This document shows positions 1 to 8,800 of a stretch of DNA of 64,000 bases, piece after piece. Under the pieces are notes generated by a model. The model was given only the letters and a program-made list of their open reading frames with translations. It had not been told where the DNA came from and searched no databases. Every line of letters begins with the position of its first letter. Within the stretch, counting starts at the first letter, position 1. Made by a program: the position numbers and the translations under genes. This stretch comes from Blastocladiella emersonii ATCC 22665. Taxonomy: Eukaryota > Fungi > Blastocladiomycota. The DNA is taken from contig JANHCV010000002.1 of the NCBI GenBank assembly GCA_025594325.1, positions 1-64,000 of the forward strand, in the 5' to 3' direction.

Positions 1-95
1 AAACCTAAACCTAAACCTAAACCTAACCTAAACCTAAACCTAAACCTAAACCTAAACCTAAACCTAAACCTAAACCTAAACCTAAACCTAAACCT
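1..95 (-). repeat. Telomeric repeat tract (TTTAGG)n; C-rich strand AAACCT on +
   Basis: 15 perfect AAACCT hexamers plus one AACCT pentamer (25-29) at the very start of the window, C-rich strand facing the end as expected for a left telomere. Confidence 0.93.
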
Positions 96-134
96 GGGAG
101 GCAGTTGTGCATCGTCGCCCGTCTCCCCGAGGCA

Positions 135-166
135 GCGCGAAAAGCGCGTCTCGAAACGCGTCTCGC
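135..166. promoter_or_regulatory. E2F/SCB-like (GCGCGAAA) and MCB-like (ACGCGT) motif cluster, present in each array unit
   Basis: GCGCGAAAA 135-143 (reverse complement contains TTTCGCGC), GCGCGTCTCG 144-153, ACGCGTCTCGC 156-166. Function is inferred only. Confidence 0.35.
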
Positions 167-1251
167 AGCGGTCAGGCGATTGTCACCTGATGCCCGAGCT
201 TTTTCGCTTGCTCGCGCGGCGATCGCGACCGCTCACTCATCCCCAAAGTTGAGACTTCACCAAACCCGCAATGACATCTCATGGAATATATGACCCGCTG
301 CAACATGCATCTGTGCCTCGAATGGATGCGATCCTGGCGTCTGGAACGCAGACTCGGACCGCCGCCCTGCTCGCCGCGGAGGCAACTCGACTCCTCTGTC
401 TAGACTTGATCCAGCAGCAGCAGCTGCGTTTGAGGGTTTTGGGTGATCCGTCTTGCTGCATTGCGCCCCTACGCTGCTACCGCTGCCCTCAAGTGAAGGG
501 TATGATCGAAAAATCGTGTGCTGGCGGCCCCCGCCGCCAGCACCCACCCCCACCCTCAACCTTTGACCGGCGCGGCGCGGCGCGGCGCTCTCTCGTCGTC
601 TTGTCGTCTCGATGAACTCGCCTCCCTTCTCGCTCGCTCGCTCGCGCGCGTGTGCTTGTCGTCTGGTTTCCGCGCGCCCGCGCAGGTCCCACCCGCCCCA
701 CCTGCGCTGCTCGCGCCGCTGCTCCTGGCCACCGTGAGAGCCGCCTTCGCTCGCTGCCTCGCTGTGGGATCTCGCTGCGCAGCGAGCAAGGTACTCGGAC
801 CTGCCGCCAAACTCGAGAAGGTGCTCAAACTGGACGGGCGAGTGGTCGGCGCGGCGGCGGGCGTGGCCGACCCGGCCCACGAGCAAGCAACACGGTGGGT
901 TGGGCGACTTGATGGTGTTCGTCCAGCTTGTCGTTGTTGACCTCGCGTCGCGCTCCCTCCGCTCTGCTCTGCTCTCGATCCCATCCCGAATCCCTGAGCG
1001 GCCGCGCCTGTTCTGGGCGGTGGGGCAGCGGCGGCTCGCTCTCCGACGCGGAACACACCTGCCGCCGCGGTGCATCATCGCCGCCGCCACTCTTGCTACT
1101 TTGGTCTCCTTGCTGTTATCACGCGCGCGCGCGAGCGCGCAGGTCTCACGCTTGCATGTGGAAGCAGCAGCCCCCGCCCGTCGTCGCTACTCGCTACTGC
1201 TGCTGCCTGCCTGCATGCGAGTCTGATGGATGACGACTTTGGGGTCGGCCT

Positions 1252-1279
1252 GCCCGCCCGCCCGCCCGCCCGCCCGCCC
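1252..1279 (-). repeat. (GGGC)7 microsatellite, G-quadruplex-capable, in each unit
   Basis: Seven GCCC copies on +, giving G3N1 runs on the - strand. Confidence 0.8.
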
Positions 1280-1698
1280 GCCGCTCACCGCCTCGCACCT
1301 GCCTGCACGCGCGCCGTGCTGAGCACGCGTTCAACTCAGCAGGGTGCTCCGGACCCACGCTTAGCTTCAGATCGGCTCCCTCACGCCTTCCCTACTCTGT
1401 CCTGTTCCTTGCCTGCTTGACGAGCCACTGCTGCTCACCTTGCGTGCAATGAGACACAGCTGGGCAATATCGCACTCCATCTTGTGGGCAGCATTGAGCG
1501 CTCAAAGTTTGCTTGCTTCCCCTCTACAGCGCTGCTCAAAGGTGCTGCTTGCGTGCACGTTACTCTTTGCTACAGACTCCATAACGCCGCCTGCTGGACG
1601 GATCAACGGTGGTGATTGAGCTTTGACGTGTCGGCAGGCAAGGTGGAGTCGCGCGCGACCTCGCTGCAGCAAGAGGGTTGCAGCAAGGGACTTTGCGT

Positions 1699-1917
1699 CA
1701 ACGCCCGTTTGGAATCACCCTTTGACCTAGGCGCGCGTTCTCGACAGCAATCTGCAGCTGATAGCTGAACGAACATAGTTGGTCAAGGTGAACATGCTTG
1801 ATCTGGTCTTCTTGGCCTCGTGGGGTCGGTTTGGACACGACTTGATGAGGTTGACAACGCCCGTTTGGAATCACCCTTTGACCTATGCGCGCGTTCTCAG
1901 CGGCATTCTGCAGATGA
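1699..1917. repeat. Internal direct repeat within the unit (about 63 bp, spacing 156 bp)
   Basis: 1699-1761 versus 1855-1917: the first 31 nt are identical (CAACGCCCGTTTGGAATCACCCTTTGACCTA), followed by a few mismatches. Confidence 0.9.
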
Positions 1918-2745
1918 AATAGTCTACTCAAAAGTTGCTGAAGGTGTCCACGTCCAATCTGATTGTTTCGCCCTTGTGCGGTCGACTCAAGCGCGAGACA
2001 CGTTTGCTGCCCATTGCTCCCTTATGTGACTCAAGTCACCCCCAACCTTTGTTATACTTTTTGATAGATCTTTGAAATATCTACAACCTAGCGTCAGGCA
2101 ATAGGCAAGAAGCACGTGTGAATACGGCTGCAGCAGCGTTCAAGTTTGGTCCTTGGTCAGAGTCACCTTGGAGCCGCCACACTTGGCACACTTGGGTTGT
2201 GCAGCGTTTGAGGGCGGCAAACTAGAGCCGTACGCAAGCTAAGCAACTTTGCTAGCCATGACATGCACACGTTCTACGTGAAATTTCTGAGATACGCCCG
2301 CTGGACACAGCTCAAGCTGGCTTCAGGAAGGTTCAGCAAACAGCGACGGCCCACTGTTCTTGATCTGATCCAGCGGCGTAACAGTGGCTCAAAACGCAGG
2401 TACGGTGCACGCCTTCATGTACTTTCGGTAAACGCAACTTTCTTCCTTGTATGGTGCAAAAGGGAGGGAGCAGCCGCTTGGGGCTGGGAGCTGCTGTGTT
2501 CACCGTGCTCACTGCCACTGAGCCGGATCTGTTCCACCTCTATCCCGTGGATTTGCCACGATTGCGGGTTGAGTCTAAGATGACCACCTGGCCACGGGAT
2601 CTTACGCTAGGCGCCCAATCATGATACGTGTGTGTCTGCCGCAGGACATGCACCGTACGCGGCCCAAGCCTCAACTGCTCCACTGGAGTAGCGAACCATC
2701 GCAGCCAGAGCAACTCTGGCTCCTTTACAATACTATGACGCGGAC

Positions 2746-2828
2746 TGGACGAGATGCGACAGGGACTCGAACCCTGCTCGCCAGCCCGGAACTAGAGAGA
2801 CCTGACTGCTTTGGCTCACTACTCCCCG
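2746..2828 (-). ncRNA. tRNA-like / Pol III B-box element (degenerate, not a canonical tRNA); 6 copies in the array
   Basis: Minus strand has T-arm CAGGG-TTCGAGT-CCCTG (2776-2760). 5' CGGGGAG can pair 6/7 with 3' CATCTCG, which is followed by T-CCA, and TA sits at positions 8-9. The anticodon arm does not fold. Confidence 0.4.
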
Positions 2829-5800
2829 ACGATACATAAAACAACTTTGCCCAAGTGCCTTCTGGCCCCCGCTCTCGTGTGCGTACTCCGCAATGTGAAC
2901 GTGATGCACCCACTGCGCGACACGGCAAGGGCTCAATCAAGCGTGTGGTGTTGGGAGGCAGTTGTGCATCGTCGCCCGTCTCCCCGAGGCAGCGCGAAAA
3001 GCGCGTCTCGAAACGCGTCTCGCAGCGGTCAGGCGATTGTCACCTGATGCCCGAGCTTTTTCGCTTGCTCGCGCGGCGATCGCGACCGCTCACTCATCCC
3101 CAAAGTTGAGACTTCACCAAACCCGCAATGACATCTCATGGAATATATGACCCGCTGCAACATGCATCTGTGCCTCGAATGGATGCGATCCTGGCGTCTG
3201 GAACGCAGACTCGGACCGCCGCCCTGCTCGCCGCGGAGGCAACTCGACTCCTCTGTCTAGACTTGATCCAGCAGCAGCAGCTGCGTTTGAGGGTTTTGGG
3301 TGATCCGTCTTGCTGCATTGCGCCCCTACGCTGCTACCGCTGCCCTCAAGTGAAGGGTATGATCGAAAAATCGTGTGCTGGCGGCCCCCGCCGCCAGCAC
3401 CCACCCCCACCCTCAACCTTTGACCGGCGCGGCGCGGCGCGGCGCTCTCTCGTCGTCTTGTCGTCTCGATGAACTCGCCTCCCTTCTCGCTCGCTCGCTC
3501 GCGCGCGTGTGCTTGTCGTCTGGTTTCCGCGCGCCCGCGCAGGTCCCACCCGCCCCACCTGCGCTGCTCGCGCCGCTGCTCCTGGCCACCGTGAGAGCCG
3601 CCTTCGCTCGCTGCCTCGCTGTGGGATCTCGCTGCGCAGCGAGCAAGGTACTCGGACCTGCCGCCAAACTCGAGAAGGTGCTCAAACTGGACGGGCGAGT
3701 GGTCGGCGCGGCGGCGGGCGTGGCCGACCCGGCCCACGAGCAAGCAACACGGTGGGTTGGGCGACTTGATGGTGTTCGTCCAGCTTGTCGTTGTTGACCT
3801 CGCGTCGCGCTCCCTCCGCTCTGCTCTGCTCTCGATCCCATCCCGAATCCCTGAGCGGCCGCGCCTGTTCTGGGCGGTGGGGCAGCGGCGGCTCGCTCTC
3901 CGACGCGGAACACACCTGCCGCCGCGGTGCATCATCGCCGCCGCCACTCTTGCTACTTTGGTCTCCTTGCTGTTATCACGCGCGCGCGCGAGCGCGCAGG
4001 TCTCACGCTTGCATGTGGAAGCAGCAGCCCCCGCCCGTCGTCGCTACTCGCTACTGCTGCTGCCTGCCTGCATGCGAGTCTGATGGATGACGACTTTGGG
4101 GTCGGCCTGCCCGCCCGCCCGCCCGCCCGCCCGCCCGCCGCTCACCGCCTCGCACCTGCCTGCACGCGCGCCGTGCTGAGCACGCGTTCAACTCAGCAGG
4201 GTGCTCCGGACCCACGCTTAGCTTCAGATCGGCTCCCTCACGCCTTCCCTACTCTGTCCTGTTCCTTGCCTGCTTGACGAGCCACTGCTGCTCACCTTGC
4301 GTGCAATGAGACACAGCTGGGCAATATCGCACTCCATCTTGTGGGCAGCATTGAGCGCTCAAAGTTTGCTTGCTTCCCCTCTACAGCGCTGCTCAAAGGT
4401 GCTGCTTGCGTGCACGTTACTCTTTGCTACAGACTCCATAACGCCGCCTGCTGGACGGATCAACGGTGGTGATTGAGCTTTGACGTGTCGGCAGGCAAGG
4501 TGGAGTCGCGCGCGACCTCGCTGCAGCAAGAGGGTTGCAGCAAGGGACTTTGCGTCAACGCCCGTTTGGAATCACCCTTTGACCTAGGCGCGCGTTCTCG
4601 ACAGCAATCTGCAGCTGATAGCTGAACGAACATAGTTGGTCAAGGTGAACATGCTTGATCTGGTCTTCTTGGCCTCGTGGGGTCGGTTTGGACACGACTT
4701 GATGAGGTTGACAACGCCCGTTTGGAATCACCCTTTGACCTATGCGCGCGTTCTCAGCGGCATTCTGCAGATGAAATAGTCTACTCAAAAGTTGCTGAAG
4801 GTGTCCACGTCCAATCTGATTGTTTCGCCCTTGTGCGGTCGACTCAAGCGCGAGACACGTTTGCTGCCCATTGCTCCCTTATGTGACTCAAGTCACCCCC
4901 AACCTTTGTTATACTTTTTGATAGATCTTTGAAATATCTACAACCTAGCGTCAGGCAATAGGCAAGAAGCACGTGTGAATACGGCTGCAGCAGCGTTCAA
5001 GTTTGGTCCTTGGTCAGAGTCACCTTGGAGCCGCCACACTTGGCACACTTGGGTTGTGCAGCGTTTGAGGGCGGCAAACTAGAGCCGTACGCAAGCTAAG
5101 CAACTTTGCTAGCCATGACATGCACACGTTCTACGTGAAATTTCTGAGATACGCCCGCTGGACACAGCTCAAGCTGGCTTCAGGAAGGTTCAGCAAACAG
5201 CGACGGCCCACTGTTCTTGATCTGATCCAGCGGCGTAACAGTGGCTCAAAACGCAGGTACGGTGCACGCCTTCATGTACTTTCGGTAAACGCAACTTTCT
5301 TCCTTGTATGGTGCAAAAGGGAGGGAGCAGCCGCTTGGGGCTGGGAGCTGCTGTGTTCACCGTGCTCACTGCCACTGAGCCGGATCTGTTCCACCTCTAT
5401 CCCGTGGATTTGCCACGATTGCGGGTTGAGTCTAAGATGACCACCTGGCCACGGGATCTTACGCTAGGCGCCCAATCATGATACGTGTGTGTCTGCCGCA
5501 GGACATGCACCGTACGCGGCCCAAGCCTCAACTGCTCCACTGGAGTAGCGAACCATCGCAGCCAGAGCAACTCTGGCTCCTTTACAATACTATGACGCGG
5601 ACTGGACGAGATGCGACAGGGACTCGAACCCTGCTCGCCAGCCCGGAACTAGAGAGACCTGACTGCTTTGGCTCACTACTCCCCGACGATACATAAAACA
5701 ACTTTGCCCAAGTGCCTTCTGGCCCCCGCTCTCGTGTGCGTACTCCGCAATGTGAACGTGATGCACCCACTGCGCGACACGGCAAGGGCTCAATCAAGCG

Positions 5801-8800
5801 TGTGGTGTTGGGAGGCAGTTGTGCATCGTCGCCCGTCTCCCCGAGGCAGCGCGAAAAGCGCGTCTCGAAACGCGTCTCGCAGCGGTCAGGCGATTGTCAC
5901 CTGATGCCCGAGCTTTTTCGCTTGCTCGCGCGGCGATCGCGACCGCTCACTCATCCCCAAAGTTGAGACTTCACCAAACCCGCAATGACATCTCATGGAA
6001 TATATGACCCGCTGCAACATGCATCTGTGCCTCGAATGGATGCGATCCTGGCGTCTGGAACGCAGACTCGGACCGCCGCCCTGCTCGCCGCGGAGGCAAC
6101 TCGACTCCTCTGTCTAGACTTGATCCAGCAGCAGCAGCTGCGTTTGAGGGTTTTGGGTGATCCGTCTTGCTGCATTGCGCCCCTACGCTGCTACCGCTGC
6201 CCTCAAGTGAAGGGTATGATCGAAAAATCGTGTGCTGGCGGCCCCCGCCGCCAGCACCCACCCCCACCCTCAACCTTTGACCGGCGCGGCGCGGCGCGGC
6301 GCTCTCTCGTCGTCTTGTCGTCTCGATGAACTCGCCTCCCTTCTCGCTCGCTCGCTCGCGCGCGTGTGCTTGTCGTCTGGTTTCCGCGCGCCCGCGCAGG
6401 TCCCACCCGCCCCACCTGCGCTGCTCGCGCCGCTGCTCCTGGCCACCGTGAGAGCCGCCTTCGCTCGCTGCCTCGCTGTGGGATCTCGCTGCGCAGCGAG
6501 CAAGGTACTCGGACCTGCCGCCAAACTCGAGAAGGTGCTCAAACTGGACGGGCGAGTGGTCGGCGCGGCGGCGGGCGTGGCCGACCCGGCCCACGAGCAA
6601 GCAACACGGTGGGTTGGGCGACTTGATGGTGTTCGTCCAGCTTGTCGTTGTTGACCTCGCGTCGCGCTCCCTCCGCTCTGCTCTGCTCTCGATCCCATCC
6701 CGAATCCCTGAGCGGCCGCGCCTGTTCTGGGCGGTGGGGCAGCGGCGGCTCGCTCTCCGACGCGGAACACACCTGCCGCCGCGGTGCATCATCGCCGCCG
6801 CCACTCTTGCTACTTTGGTCTCCTTGCTGTTATCACGCGCGCGCGCGAGCGCGCAGGTCTCACGCTTGCATGTGGAAGCAGCAGCCCCCGCCCGTCGTCG
6901 CTACTCGCTACTGCTGCTGCCTGCCTGCATGCGAGTCTGATGGATGACGACTTTGGGGTCGGCCTGCCCGCCCGCCCGCCCGCCCGCCCGCCCGCCGCTC
7001 ACCGCCTCGCACCTGCCTGCACGCGCGCCGTGCTGAGCACGCGTTCAACTCAGCAGGGTGCTCCGGACCCACGCTTAGCTTCAGATCGGCTCCCTCACGC
7101 CTTCCCTACTCTGTCCTGTTCCTTGCCTGCTTGACGAGCCACTGCTGCTCACCTTGCGTGCAATGAGACACAGCTGGGCAATATCGCACTCCATCTTGTG
7201 GGCAGCATTGAGCGCTCAAAGTTTGCTTGCTTCCCCTCTACAGCGCTGCTCAAAGGTGCTGCTTGCGTGCACGTTACTCTTTGCTACAGACTCCATAACG
7301 CCGCCTGCTGGACGGATCAACGGTGGTGATTGAGCTTTGACGTGTCGGCAGGCAAGGTGGAGTCGCGCGCGACCTCGCTGCAGCAAGAGGGTTGCAGCAA
7401 GGGACTTTGCGTCAACGCCCGTTTGGAATCACCCTTTGACCTAGGCGCGCGTTCTCGACAGCAATCTGCAGCTGATAGCTGAACGAACATAGTTGGTCAA
7501 GGTGAACATGCTTGATCTGGTCTTCTTGGCCTCGTGGGGTCGGTTTGGACACGACTTGATGAGGTTGACAACGCCCGTTTGGAATCACCCTTTGACCTAT
7601 GCGCGCGTTCTCAGCGGCATTCTGCAGATGAAATAGTCTACTCAAAAGTTGCTGAAGGTGTCCACGTCCAATCTGATTGTTTCGCCCTTGTGCGGTCGAC
7701 TCAAGCGCGAGACACGTTTGCTGCCCATTGCTCCCTTATGTGACTCAAGTCACCCCCAACCTTTGTTATACTTTTTGATAGATCTTTGAAATATCTACAA
7801 CCTAGCGTCAGGCAATAGGCAAGAAGCACGTGTGAATACGGCTGCAGCAGCGTTCAAGTTTGGTCCTTGGTCAGAGTCACCTTGGAGCCGCCACACTTGG
7901 CACACTTGGGTTGTGCAGCGTTTGAGGGCGGCAAACTAGAGCCGTACGCAAGCTAAGCAACTTTGCTAGCCATGACATGCACACGTTCTACGTGAAATTT
8001 CTGAGATACGCCCGCTGGACACAGCTCAAGCTGGCTTCAGGAAGGTTCAGCAAACAGCGACGGCCCACTGTTCTTGATCTGATCCAGCGGCGTAACAGTG
8101 GCTCAAAACGCAGGTACGGTGCACGCCTTCATGTACTTTCGGTAAACGCAACTTTCTTCCTTGTATGGTGCAAAAGGGAGGGAGCAGCCGCTTGGGGCTG
8201 GGAGCTGCTGTGTTCACCGTGCTCACTGCCACTGAGCCGGATCTGTTCCACCTCTATCCCGTGGATTTGCCACGATTGCGGGTTGAGTCTAAGATGACCA
8301 CCTGGCCACGGGATCTTACGCTAGGCGCCCAATCATGATACGTGTGTGTCTGCCGCAGGACATGCACCGTACGCGGCCCAAGCCTCAACTGCTCCACTGG
8401 AGTAGCGAACCATCGCAGCCAGAGCAACTCTGGCTCCTTTACAATACTATGACGCGGACTGGACGAGATGCGACAGGGACTCGAACCCTGCTCGCCAGCC
8501 CGGAACTAGAGAGACCTGACTGCTTTGGCTCACTACTCCCCGACGATACATAAAACAACTTTGCCCAAGTGCCTTCTGGCCCCCGCTCTCGTGTGCGTAC
8601 TCCGCAATGTGAACGTGATGCACCCACTGCGCGACACGGCAAGGGCTCAATCAAGCGTGTGGTGTTGGGAGGCAGTTGTGCATCGTCGCCCGTCTCCCCG
8701 AGGCAGCGCGAAAAGCGCGTCTCGAAACGCGTCTCGCAGCGGTCAGGCGATTGTCACCTGATGCCCGAGCTTTTTCGCTTGCTCGCGCGGCGATCGCGAC

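Noticed and set aside
521-560. Helitron 3' end (GC hairpin)
   Set aside because: There is no CTRR terminus about 10-12 nt from the hairpin on either strand, and no Rep/Hel ORF.
323-990. 5S rRNA-like words (GGATGCGATC at 323; GATCCCATCCCGAA near 977)
   Set aside because: The flanks do not match the 5S fold or its 120-nt length, and the second word sits in C-rich microsatellite. The array is therefore not called rDNA.
257-1090. 277-aa minus ORF and other overlapping ORFs in the unit
   Set aside because: Low-complexity Arg/Ala/Gly-rich translations typical of GC-rich non-coding DNA, with no domain.
1672-2545. Reverse-transcriptase-like words on + strand of the unit: RGLQQG (1672-1689), SADEIV (about 1906-1923), QAGFR (2313-2327), LSPDLFHLY-like (about 2518-2545)
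   Set aside because: They are in different frames, in the wrong order and at the wrong spacing for a non-LTR RT, with no YADD or AFD motif. A frameshift-aware RVT_1 HMM search would settle it.
2746-2828. Functional tRNA (amber suppressor CTA or tRNA-Sec)
   Set aside because: The anticodon stem does not pair, there is no TCA anticodon, and acceptor/T geometry fits neither a 7/5 nor a 9/4 fold.
2941-2958. Yeast TG1-3-like seed (GTGTGGTGTTGGG) at the healing site
   Set aside because: It is on the strand opposite the telomeric G-strand and unrelated to TTTAGG.
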